DNA from: Blastocladiella emersonii ATCC 22665
Lineage: Eukaryota; Fungi; Blastocladiomycota
DNA: 64,000 nucleotides
NCBI GenBank assembly: GCA_025594325.1
Contig: JANHCV010000010.1
Coordinates: forward strand, 682,001 to 746,000
Direction of reading: 5' to 3'
Position numbers and translations under genes: made by a program. Of this stretch, positions 1 through 11,092 are shown one piece after another; position 1 is the stretch's first letter, and each line of letters opens with the position of its first letter. Under the pieces are notes generated by a model. It made no database searches. It was not told where the DNA came from and saw only the letters and a list, made by a program, of their open reading frames with translations.

Positions 1-292
1 TCTGTCCAATTGAGTTCAGCATCCTAATCGGACACGCGCTGTCCGAACCGTCCGAAGCGGCCAATTTAACCAGCGGGAAATCTACGATGACTATGTTCCC
101 CTCACTCAGTCAAAAATGCGAATTTTGGGTGGCTTCTTTTGCGAGGCGGCTCAGCCGTCGTGGCTCGTGCAAAAGACATGCTTCCCGAGCCTTCAGGGCC
201 ACACATGACATCAATGAGGTCACTCGACAACGACCTTGATGCACGCTTGCAACGGCCTCGTCGCTCTACGGGTCACGTTTATGTCACGTGGT

Positions 293-318
293 GGGAACGT
301 TCCCTTGGGAACGTTCCC
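293..318. repeat. Two tandem perfect 12-bp palindromes GGGAACGTTCCC (each contains GAAnnTTC)
   Basis: gggaacgttccc at 293-304 and 307-318, separated by tt. Confidence 0.8.
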
Positions 319-387
319 GGAGCGTGGTTGCAGCGTTCCCGCTCCGTTCCTGTTCCCGGCCAGCCGAGGGCTTGTTCCGTGCACACT

Positions 388-506
388 AACTATGGGCGGC
401 CCCTGTGGCCAAGCTGGCAGCCGTTTCAGGTCTTTCAATCTTTCGCATTTTCCGCTCCTTCGCTTCACGCTTTTCGCGCTTTTCGCTCCTTTCGCTTTTC
501 GCGTTC
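388..506 (+). repeat. ~119-bp repeat, inverted partner of 5597-5715
   Basis: aactatgggcggcccctgtggccaagctggcagccgtttcaggtc...cgcttttcgcgttc matches the reverse complement of 5597-5715 with few mismatches. Confidence 0.9.
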
Positions 507-599
507 ATCGGAAATCGCGGATCACAAATTGTGCGGCCAGCTGCAAATTTGCACTCAATTCTTGGGCCGGGTCGGGTGAGGGTCGAAATCGCATATCAG

Positions 600-1711
600 G
601 ATTTCTGGTGAATGCGATACATGAGCGTGATGGGTGAGGTCAGGGGGATTTTTTGCTGGTGGTCGTGGTGGTTATAGTCGCCCTTGAAGTAAGTTGGACT
701 TTTCATCACAACGGCTCAGTCGATTGCGCTGTACTCGAAGGTGATGGACTGACCGTGCTAAGAGCTACAAAAGAGATAATTAAGCGTTGGGGTGGTTGGA
801 AGCCGGGTGTCAAGAAAAAAATGGCGATCGGATTCTCAACGCTAACACACCGCCAGGGTTGATTCAAGAAGCTAACCTCGAAAGTCGTTCCTGCGCAACG
901 GAGTGAAGGATGTGACTCGCGCAAATATATTTAGCGCTCAGAGGAGCACGGAAACGATAGACACAGTTTGAATTCATGGGGTCGCAAATCGAGTACAGCA
1001 TCCAATCCAGAGGGTAAACAGGCTTTCTCCTTGCGGCAAACTGGTCAACTACCTCTACCTCAGTAGATAAACTTGGTTTCCTGGCCGGGATTGCAGTTTA
1101 AAGAGGTCGAAACCTATGTTCGCCTGAAGGGGTTTGCGGCACGCATGCTGTTGCGGATTGCGCTCGCGGATCGAGCTTATTAGGTGGACGCCTACCGGCG
1201 CGGCAGGCCAAGCGGCCAAAAAAAGTTGATTTTCTTCAATTGTTTGTACGTGGCCGCATACTGGCCCGATTCGTTTAAGTTGACGAGAGCGAGCGAGTGA
1301 AGGACCGCTTCCGCTAGCACGAATGGACAACAATTGCCAGCCTCGAGTAAAGCTGGTGAGCCCTGGTACTTAGCATGCTCACAATTCAGCGCTTCAGCAA
1401 GAGCGCGCGGGACGGTCGCCCAACCAGTGAAGCACGTCCACGGCGCTGAACCGGCACGTTGCAAATCTTTCCAGACCTGAATGAGGTGCATGCGATCCAG
1501 TCGGTGCGATTGAGCGCCTGGAACGCATCAAAGGCCACTTCAGAGAGTTGCGAATGGTGCTATTCCTTTGCTTGAACACAGGGTCGCGGAACGGCCATGC
1601 TCGAGCTGCCTCTGACGCTGGTAGAACATGTAACACCCCGTGATCGAGCTTCACTATCTGCCACGCGACGATTTTAGAGTTGAAACGCGACGTGAACGTT
1701 TCCAGCTTCAT
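600..1711 (-). pseudogene. Decayed coding relic, possibly a further member of the orphan family at 26821-29048
   Basis: Broken ORF fragments (1394-1711, 1192-1491, 1055-1333) with weak echoes of the family: ESGQYAATYKQL vs ESGRFSLLFDIL, and SITFEYSAID vs TYTYGAI/VYYGAIED; many stops. Confidence 0.25.
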
Positions 1712-2006
1712 GGTAGAGTCATGGATCAGTAGGCGACATTCTGTTCGTCACTCAAGGGCGGGTCTCCGACTTGGCGAGCGGCCCTATCAACTAGCTGAAG
1801 CTACCGGCGGTCAAATCCAAAGCGGACATGACTTCTTCTGATGCGCTGGGAGCGACAGGCGCGGCTCGTCAGCGGCTGGCGGTGCCTGTGCTACGGGTTC
1901 AGCGCGGCGCTCGAATCACGCAAGTAGACATAAACTAGGCGCAATTTGGAAGAAATCCATGGGTTGAATACATTGCATCAACTGGCATCTACAGCATGCG
2001 TAAAAC

Positions 2007-2459
2007 ATGCACGGAAGGTGGATGGAGCAAATCAGCGAGCTGTGGCGAGCGTGTAAACTCCACCGTCCGACGCCACTGCAGGGTCACGTTGGCCGCGTCC
2101 GTTCACGCTTGGCCTGCGAGCTCGTTCAGGCGCAAGGTCCCCTTCAATCCGCGATGAATGACCTTTGCGGCTCCCTTGAGAACCTCGCGTCAGCTGCGGT
2201 ACGATCCGGCCGCTGCGATGTGCTTGGTACTCGCTCTCGTGCGGCTGAGTCCAGCTGCATCCGTAACATCCGGCTGTCGTCGCGCAGGCAAGAGAGCCGA
2301 AGGCATGAGCTCGCTCTTAGTATGTTCGTACGACCGTTACACGGTTATCAGACCCGGCTCGCTTCTCGGCCCCAGTTCACGAAGGAAACGGGGGGTGCTC
2401 GCTGTGGACACGAATGCGTGGAATGGGACGGCGAGCTGCGACCCCAGCAACTGTCATGA
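2007..2459 (+). pseudogene. Degenerate relic of the ankyrin-like repeat family
   Basis: Fragments ASAAVRSGRCDVL and FTKETGGARCGHECVEW resemble array repeats (YTKDSIDDAAAAGRVDVLEWW). Confidence 0.35.
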
Positions 2460-2845
2460 CAAGGGTCTCGTCGCTTCCAGAGCCTAACCAAAATCTAAGC
2501 TTTGATCGACTCGAGAACAAAGGGGGGTAACCGCGCGGCCGCGTCACGACCCTGAACGCGCCGTGCTTGCCCAGTTCCTCCCTCCTCCCCTCGCAGTCCT
2601 GCTTTCAAGTGCAGTTTGTCGTTTTTTTTTAACCGCGCGTTTCAAGGCTAGCGAAACTGAGCGAGAGTCGTGGCACGGCGGGTTGCGAGACGGGGTGCGA
2701 GACGCGTCGCGAAAACACGTGTGCGGTCACCCGCACGTGACACAGCTTGGCTTGGACTTTGCCGCGAGCGCGCGTCGGGGGAGCGAGTGACTCTTCGCCA
2801 CGCCGCGGTCGGTCCCCGCTCTCTCGCTCATCACCACTCGCTGCA

Positions 2846-3940
2846 ATGTATCACCCGTCCACCAAAGAAGCACACTACGATCTCGACGCGCGGCAACCAC
2901 GCGGCCAACGTCAACAGGTACGCGTCACATCCCGCTGCCGCGCCCGCCGCCGCGCGCTTGGCTCCCATCGCGCCGACCGTCGTGTTGCGCTCCCGTGGCG
3001 GTGCGCCCGGTGTGGTGCCCTTCACACTCTGCTCTGGCGCGTCGACGACGCGCTGTGAGACCAGCGGTGTCGTCGCTGCCGCGCGTGCGCACCGTCGTAC
3101 GCGGGCTCCGCCGCGCTCGTTCCTCGGGCGCAGCACGGCGCAGCGCAAGGGGACCCCACCGGGCTACCAGCCGCGTGCGCGCTCGTCAAAGGTGCTGACA
3201 CCTGTGCGGTGCCCATGTAGCCGCCGGCGCGCGTCCGCCACCAGGGACTCAACATTTGGCGACTCATGGACCTGAGACCATCGAGCCAGCCTCGCTCGCG
3301 ACGGTACGCCGTCTCCGCGTGTCTCATGCACTCACGCTGCACGCTCGCGCCAGTAGCGCCGACAGGCTCGCTCAAGCGGTTCGACCGCGGCCACCGCGTG
3401 CGTCAAGTCCCAGTCGCAGGTACGTTTGACACTTCTCGTCGCTGCGCAAGAGTTGGCGCGCGACTGACATGCTCGCTCGCATTGCTCCTCGTAGCCCCTC
3501 GTGATCCACTGGTCTCTCGCTACACTATCGACCCGCCGCCTCTCAACGGATGAACAACTGGCGCGCAGCATCCGCAAGCTGTACGGCGCCGTATTCGAGG
3601 CGACTCGGTACGCCCTCGTCACACGCCGCTCGAGGCGCAGCGCGACTCACATGAGCTCTCGGACCTTTCTTGCTTGTAGCAGCGATCTCTGACGACCATC
3701 TCGCCCGGCCGGTTTCTGTACTCGGGGTCGTGGCGCGACCTGACCGTGGATCGCAGCAAGTGCGACGCGCACGCGGTTTGGGTCACGGTCGGCGGCTTCG
3801 AGTGCGGAGACCTGGTGCTGGCGACGGCGTCTGCTCTCCGCTCGGGTACTTGCTTGTCGTGCATCGTCGTCGCGCGCGGGCCGGGATTCCGACTCGCATG
3901 CCGCGCGACCCGCGGCGGTGGCGCTCTGACCTGTATCTGA
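2846..3940 (+). pseudogene. Multi-intron hypothetical gene or relic (frame not fully consistent)
   Basis: ATG 2846; four GTACG donors with CTGAC/CTCAC-like branch sites and YAG acceptors (near 2918-3220, 3303-3357, 3420-3495, 3608-3679); exon phases do not give one clean ORF. Confidence 0.35.
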
Positions 3941-4242
3941 TATCTCGCTGTACGCAATACACTCGCAAATTTGCACCAAAACGCAGTCCCCATCGTGTAA
4001 ATTTGCCAACAATTCGTGCGCCAACCGGGTCGCTCGTCTCACAAATTGGCCATCAAATGTGCCATCAAGTCGCAGCAGATTGAACGGCAATTGGTTGCAA
4101 ATTCGCTGTCCTAGCCGAACCGCGGGCCGCCGCTCAATTTGGTGCAAATTTGCTCAGGTTTAAAATTTGCCTCCAAACCATGTAAATTGGCCGCAAATTC
4201 GCAAGGCCCGGATTTGCGAAGTTCGCTCGCTTCGATTTTTCT

Positions 4243-4448
4243 TTCGCTCGCTTCCCCTCACCCCGGCCGCTGCTAGCCACGATAAAGCGCCTCGCAACCC
4301 ACCACGTGACGCCCTCGCGCTCACGTACGCCGTCGCCGCCGTCGGGCGCGCTGCTCGCCGCGAACCGCTCGCCGTTACCGCCGCCGCGATCACAACAGAA
4401 ATCGTCGCGCGTGACGCGTCTATGCAACCCGCACTACCCGCAACGCAA
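4243..4448 (+). repeat. ~200-bp diverged repeat, inverted partner of 5399-5599
   Basis: ttcgctcgcttcccc...gataaagcgcctcgcaac...ccacgtgac...tcgcgcgtgacgc...gcaacgca aligns to the reverse complement of 5399-5599. Confidence 0.85.
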
Positions 4449-5398
4449 TACAGCTCGCTCGGGGGCCACTACGCCGTGAGCTGCTTCATGATCGCGACTT
4501 CCATGGGCAACCGCGCTGTACGATGCCTTGACCGTCAGAATTTGGAGCGGGCACGGGTGCCCTGGATGCGCTGCTGTGGCAGCGAGGGCTGCAAAGTGTG
4601 AGGCGTGAAACGGTATGAGTTTGAGTACGAGTTGCAGGGATCAGCTCGGCCATCAGCGGGCGCGGGTCGTGCGGCCATGAGCTTGTGGCCAAGCTTGGTT
4701 GAGAGCGGCGCGGGCGTCGCTCGTTTCTCAATGCAACCCGCTTACCAACCGTGAGGGCGGAGAGTACATGGCTCTGATCAGGAATACTACTTGGTCAAGG
4801 ACGGCCGCGATTCGTGCTCCAAGTGTGCGCGTCCATCGTGCTTTCGTCCGCTTCCCGCTGACGCTGCGGTTGGAACTTCAACCAGCATCATGCTTGTCTT
4901 TTCTATTCGCATTGAATGTCGCTGACACGGCGATCCGAGCCTCAGATGTCCAAGTGAAATGTCAAAGAGCTCAGTAGAAGTCATCCCCCGCGCCAAGTTG
5001 ATGGAAACGCGCTTTATTCGTTTGAAGCCAAGGTACATGAGCTAGATTCGGGACAGTTGCGCGCGATCCTCGCTTCATCACAAGAGTCTGTACTACAAAC
5101 GCGTCGCCTCACCTTGATGCGCCAGGATCCTCAAGTAGCTCAGCTGATCAATCCTGGCAAGGACGGCCAACCAAGCGGGTTGGGACTGAGATGGATGTGG
5201 TGGTCGTGAACAGAGAGTGCGGTCAAGTCGCCCACACCAACGCGAAATCGTGGCGAAGCAACATGCGTGCTTGACTGCGAAGAACCGTTGACCTAAAGTG
5301 TGCGCCAGAACAGGCCCTGGCGCTCGGCGGGGACAACGCCATCAATGACGCGGGCCTCACTCATGTCGCGCATCGCTCATGGCATTGGGCGGCAAATG

Positions 5399-5715
5399 TG
5401 CTGCGTTGCCGGAAGTGCAGGTTTCAAGGGTGCGTCACGCGCGACAAATTTTCGAGCGCGGTCGCGACGACGCTGGCGGCGACCGGATCGCGGCGACCAG
5501 CGTGCGCGGCGGCGTGCGTGAGCGCGAGGTGGTCACGTGGTGCGTTGCGAGGCGCTTTATCGCGGCCAGCAGCAGCGGGGGTGCGGGGAAGCGAGCGAAC
5601 GCGAAAAGCGAAAGGAGCGAAAAGCGCGAAAAGCGTGAAGCGAAGGAGCTGAAAACGCGAAAGATCGTAAGACCTGAAACGGCTGCCAGCTTGGCCACAG
5701 GGGCCGCCCATAGTT
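5399..5715 (-). repeat. Composite repeat: 5597-5715 pairs with 388-506 and 5399-5599 pairs with 4243-4448
   Basis: Direct reading of the reverse complement. Confidence 0.85.
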
Positions 5716-5735
5716 GGACCCGAGACGGGCCATTA

Positions 5736-6249
5736 GAGACCTTCTGAAATCCTGGCGCCAGGTTTCGGCCCTCGCCCACGCATTCAGCCACGCGGTTGTG
5801 GCGCAATGCACAGCTTGCCCTCAGAGCTGGCGCCAGGAAATGCCGCCGCTGCCAGGAATTGTCGCTGCCGCCAGCCTCGCTAGGGCTCAAGGGCGAGTGA
5901 GGGAGGGGCTGTTCTGACGGCACCCGAGTCAAGCCTCGCTAGGGCTGCAAGGTAGCTTGCTGAGCCACCGCCCCTGGCCACCCAGCGCTTGTTGGGCCAC
6001 GATGGCCATGGCCTCTCAACACATGCTACTTCGTGCAAAAACTTGGATTGTTATTGAAGTTACCGAGGGTTATGAGCGCGGCGTCATCTACGCGACGCGT
6101 GCGCACTGGGCTCGGGAAGAAGCGCTCTCGCTCGAGGCAGCGAGTGATGGCCGGCTGATGTGGCGCTGGGTGCATCAGCTGACCAAGTGGCGTTCCGGCC
6201 CGACCCGAGCGCTGGCAGAAATCCTGGCGCCAGCTCCTCAGAAGGTCTC
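5736..6249. mobile_element. MITE (~514 bp) with imperfect ~27-bp TIRs and TA flanks (Tc1/mariner-type target site)
   Basis: TA(5734-5735)-GAGACCTTCTGAAATCCTGGCGCCAG ... CCTGGCGCCAGCTCCTCAGAAGGTCTC-TA(6250-6251); no transposase ORF. Confidence 0.75.
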
Positions 6250-6254
6250 TATTT

Positions 6255-8172
6255 CCCTCTACCGTCGTGCTCCCGGTCAAACGCATGACGGATTGAGCAC
6301 TGACTAAAGATGCGCTTGAGCGCACCAATGCCTTCGTCGTCGCCTCAACGCGTTGGTTTGCCTATTCGTCGTCAGCCCGAACCTGCCAACATAAACTCGC
6401 ACTTTCCTTCCTGTCCGCGGAGCTCATAACCGAGCTCGGTTTGATGGGCCTGACTCTCGGGACTGCGTGTTCGCATATCTCGCCCGATCCGCGAATTCGG
6501 CCACGTGTGCTCAACGTCCACGCGCTCACGTACGCGGCCGCCTTTGGTCACACCGAGCTGCTTCGCCACCTCATCAACTTGACGCTGGAGCTAGATCCCG
6601 ACCTTCTCAGCACGACTATCCGAGACTTCGTATTTGGTGCCATTTAACACCGCGGTCAGGGCTTTCTCGCGTGCCCTGTGCCAAACCCCCGCCTGATCGA
6701 TCTTCTTGCCATCTTTGCCCTCAAGTCGTGGAACTGGTCGACGTTTGAGCTTCTGCTCAATGGCCAGCCGCAAGCAAGTCATGAAATCATCATGCTAGGC
6801 TTAAGCAACTCTCGATGCTCGAAGGATTAGACTTCTTTGGTGACACCGTCCCGGATGCCTCGATTGTAGCGCAGGTCCACTGGCTACTAGAAGTGTGTGT
6901 CCCTGTCAGCAACCACGTTGAAGCAGGCGGCTGGAGTGAGCTTTCGCTTTTGCTCGCGGCTAGCGGGCGATGTTCTGCCCTCCACGCCGTTCTTGAGTCG
7001 ACTACTCAGAACGTGCTGAACCACGTTTTATTCGCCGCAGCTCCAGAGCTCTCAAACTTAATTGCAATGGATAAGACGCTCACCATCGAGCAGCTAGTGA
7101 ACTTTGCCTCGTGGGGCATCAGCACTCCCAAAATTGTTGGCCGCATCTTACATGTCGCCATTACTTTGGAAGATGACGCGCTGATCGAGTTTGCGGTCAA
7201 GGAGGCCGCGGGCGACCGCACGACGTACACTTACGGTACGGCACGTTCATTTCTCTTTCCGTCGTTTTGCGCGACTGACTGATATGACACCGGGTAGCAA
7301 TCAACATGGCGCTAGTCAGTTGGGAACTCGGACAGCTTCAGCACGTTCTTCAGCTCACCGAGTTGCACGTCCCCTAAAACAAAGAATTTCGTCAGTTGGT
7401 CAACACACCGCACCTCATCCAGCGTCTCAGACTTGGTGACGGCATTATCCTGGACCCGGAACACCTCCTCACCCTGCTTGTTGAAGATTTTTCCAAGTCG
7501 ACCCTCAGCAGCGACTCGCTCGAGGAGATTTATCAACTTGGACAGCTTGCTGCGGCCGTGTTTGGCCGCCCGTCTCTCACTTACAAGGCAGAAACGCTGC
7601 TCAACACGGCTGTTGGCATGAAGGCGGTCACAAAGGCGCTTCTCGTTGCGCAGGATGTTCCCTTTACTCTCTCATTACCAGCCGCTTTTGACTGCCCAGA
7701 GCTCTGCGAATGTTGTCCGATGCACTTCCAAGGTCCGTGGCGCCTCGGCCCTCGAGTGCAAGTCCGACCTTCTCGCCCTTATCCGCAGCGGGACGATTCC
7801 TTGCCCCGAAGACCTCGAGAGTCCCGATTTTTTCCCTTGCGTCGCTTCTGACGGGTTGAGCCATCGTTGCTCGCAGGACGATCAGAGTCACGACGTCTCA
7901 AGCGAGGTCTGATTGTTCCGGGCAGCAATCTCGTCAAGTTCTTTGTCCCGTTTGGCCAGCGCGCGCTCCGACTCTTCAGCGCGGCATTTGTTGACGGATC
8001 GCTCGACAGCTGTGACGACCGTGCGCTCCCTGAACTGACGATCGTGTTGATCAAGCTGCACAATTACGACTGCGCATTGGTCCATCAGTTTCTGACACGG
8101 GTCGCGCCTCGCACGACGCAGAGCGATGCCTCCAGTTGTTTGTTTGAGTCGCATCACGTTCTTCTGAAATGA
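6255..8172 (+). pseudogene. Pseudogene paralog of the orphan gene at 26821-29048
   Basis: Colinear peptide matches: VHALTYAAAFGHTEL/VHALVYAVSYGRADL, SSDSLEEIYQLGQLAAAVFG/SSDSLEELQRLGQLTAAVLG, VAQDVP/VAQDVP, ALRLFSAAFVDGSL/ALRLFDAVFVDGSL; intron at the same position (about 7236-7297); frameshifts and stops; 5' end lost at the MITE. Confidence 0.8.
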
Positions 8173-8403
8173 GTTGGGTCTTCCATGTATATATTTTTTT
8201 CATGCTTTTTAACATAGAAAGGCGAGCCTGCGCTTAACGCTCCGCCGCCTGCTCGTTTGCGACGCGATGGTCACCTCCGCGTGACCTTGCGCGGCGCACA
8301 GACTTTTGCGCGGACGAAGCTCGCCGATCCGCCTCCCCTGATCCCTCATCCTCACGAAGCTAATGCAAACTACCACTTGCTGCAACATATTCATGTAACT
8401 ACA

Positions 8404-10116
8404 ATGCCGCGACATGAGAAACCTCGCAGCCAAAACGATCACCACCCGTACCGACGAGGAGCGCCCCCACCTGCCTCGACGGCGGCCGGTTCGGCGCGGG
8501 CGTCAGCCGGATTTTCTTCCTCCGCTTCAGCTCGGGCGGCCGCGGCTCCATCGACCTCAGCGCCACCCGATGAATCAGACCGCCTCGTCCGTGAGCTCGA
8601 TACGCTTCACTCGCAGATCAGCGAGCTGCAAGGACTGCTTGCGTCGCGCGGTACGTGATGCCGCCCGCCCGTCGAACCAAACCCGCAATTGACCTTTCCT
8701 CCAGACAGCGACGTATCCCGAGTCAACAGCGACGCCGAGAGTCACCACCTGCAAACCGCGGCGCTCGCCCGGTTCAAGGACGTGCTGTTGGACCACTCGC
8801 GGTCGTCGCGGGACACCGCCGACGCGCTCGCCAAGTACCGCGCCGCCATCGCCAGCAGCACCTCGTCGACGGTCGAGCAGCGCATCGCGGTGCAACAGCT
8901 CGTCAGCACCGTCGAGTCGGCGCTCCTTGGCGTTGTGACCGGTACAGCCGCGGGGCACGCGCCGCAAGTCGCTGCCCTCGCCCAGTCCGCCGCCGCGGGC
9001 CTCGCGCCCGAGATCCTCGCGTCGATGTTCCTCGAGCACGTCCCGCCCGCAGCCTCACCCGAAGCCGCCGCGTTCCCGGACCTCGCGCCGGCCGACGCCG
9101 TCATGGGCGACATCCTCCGGTCGCACCTCGCGATCGCCGACGAGCTCGCCGCGGCCGTCCGCGAGCGCGACGCGCTGCGGGACGACATCCGCCAGCGAAT
9201 CGACTTGCTGCACCAGTCCCAGCCGGCGGCGCACGCGCACGCGGTGCTCGCTGTCGCGGAAGCTGCGGCGCAGGACGCGCTCGACGTGTTCCTCGCGACC
9301 GAGCTCGCCGCCGCCGAGTCGCTTGCCGGAAGTGGGGGTGACCCGCTCGCGCAGCTGGCGGCCGAGGAGCAGGCGCGCGTCGACCAGACCTCCCGCGCGC
9401 TCGAGACAATCGAGCAGCTGCTCGCCGTCCACGGCGCGCTCGCCGAGACCGTGCGCGACCGCGTGGTCCCCGAGACGATGGCGGCGCTCGCTCCGCTCGA
9501 CGGGCTGACGAGCGGCTTGCTCCCCGTCGACGCCCGCGCGGTGCCGCATGCGGCTGTCCGCGACCGTATCACCGAGTCGCTACCACCCGCGGCGCAGGCC
9601 GACGACTTCACGCGCGGCCGCTTCCCAGACGCGTTCCTCGGCGAGCTACTGTCCGCCCGACTCGCGCACGCGTCCATGGACCGCGGCACGGGCGACGACC
9701 GCGACGCGGCGGCGCACGCGCTCGGCGTGATGCGTGCGGCGGCGGAACGGCCCGTGGGCGACCTGTTGCTGGGTGATCCGCCCGCACCGGTATTCGGGGC
9801 CGACCCGAACGCGGTGGCGGCGGCGCTCGCGGGCCACTGGGCGGCGACGATGGGCGAGATTGGCGAGCAGGGAAAGCAGCAGGAGCGCGATGCGGCGGAG
9901 GCGATGGAGGTGGGGAAGCAGGGAGAGGATGTCGCGGACGTGTACCGCGAGACGTACGTCCGGGAGATGGTGTGCGGGAGGATCGGCGGCTGATTCGAGT
10001 GTGCGTCCATGTGTAGGACCGACTTTCTCGACGGCAAGAAGTGGGCCGCGGCGCTGGGCCTGGACGCGGAGATTCTCAAGTACAAGAAGGCGCGTCAGCG
10101 CGATGGGGGCCGTTGA
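8404..10116 (+). CDS. Helical/coiled-coil protein, 3 exons; C-terminus resembles augmin subunit HAUS4
   Basis: ATG 8404; introns 8651-8704 and about 9954-10016; spliced C-terminus VADVYRETTDFLDGKKWAAAL has the Y-x11-W/KKW pattern recalled for the HAUS4 C-terminus. Confidence 0.6.
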
Positions 10117-10160
10117 GTGACGAACGTGTATAGGAGGGGAATCTAACGGTTTCTAATCAA

Positions 10161-10838
10161 TCAAGCGTGTCCCCAGAAGACGGCGCTGATGGCGATGGCG
10201 GAAAACCCGAGCCCGAGGATCCATGACCGGTTGATCTCGGCCTTGCCGCGCGACAGCTCGGCCTGCCACTCCTTCCACTCGTCCTCGCGGCGCTTCTGCT
10301 CGCGCTCGCGGTGACGCGCATTGTTCATGTTCGCCGCGGACCGCGCGGCCTCCTCGCGGCCGTAGTGCTCCCACTCGTGCGCGTCGTAGTTGAACTGGGA
10401 CGCGTTGCGGGCGCCCGTCCGCGGCTTACTTGTACTCGGGTCGTAGGCGCCGTAGGTACGTTGCCGTGGGGCGTTGCGCATGGACCCGCTGCCGCGCGGG
10501 GCCGAGCTCAGGTGGCGCGACGACTTGCTGATGCGCGAGCGGTCGTACTCGCGGCGCTTGGTCTCGTTGCCCAGCACGGCGTACGCGTCGCTGATGGCCA
10601 GGAACCGGTCCTTGGCCTCGGCCGACGCGTTCACGTCCGGGTGGTACTGCTTCGACAGGCGGTAGTACGAAGCCTTGATCTTGCGCTTGTCGGCGGCCGG
10701 CGTCAGCTCGAGCACGTCGTACAGCGAGCCCGTCGCGGTCACGGCGGCGGTCGCGTAGCCGCGAATTGTGGGCGCTCGGGCCGCGGTGGCGGCGAGGCGA
10801 GGCCTGGAGAGTGCATGCGGGTACATGAGGCGATGCAT
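10161..10838 (-). CDS. DnaJ (J-domain) protein with probable mitochondrial presequence and C-terminal TM segment
   Basis: LYDVLEL...IKASYYRLSKQYHPDVN (HPD motif)...AYAVLGNETKRREYD; Arg-rich N-terminus; hydrophobic tail. Confidence 0.9.
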   Translation of the reverse strand: MHRLMYPHALSRPRLAATAARAPTIRGYATAAVTATGSLYDVLELTPAADKRKIKASYYRLSKQYHPDVNASAEAKDRFLAISDAYAVLGNETKRREYDRSRISKSSRHLSSAPRGSGSMRNAPRQRTYGAYDPSTSKPRTGARNASQFNYDAHEWEHYGREEAARSAANMNNARHREREQKRREDEWKEWQAELSRGKAEINRSWILGLGFSAIAISAVFWGHA

Positions 10839-11092
10839 GGTGACTGGATGATCTTTGTTGAGAGACGAGAGGGAGGGAGAGCGAGCAAGGACTCGACAGC
10901 GGCCGCACGGCATCGAGCCGAGGGACCGACCGGCCGGTCGCGACCGTCGCGTGAGCGTGGCGCACTTTCGCCAAGTCCCCCTGCTTTCGCTCTTCGCTCG
11001 CCGCGCCGGTTCCCACCGTGTCCGACCGCTGTCTCGCCCTCCTCTCTCTCTCCTCTCCCCTCCCAGCCACGCACATTCTCGCAAACGCAACC

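Noticed and set aside
4450-5400. Possible transposase between the inner inverted repeats
   Set aside because: Only short broken ORFs; no DDE, HUH or tyrosine-recombinase motif recognised
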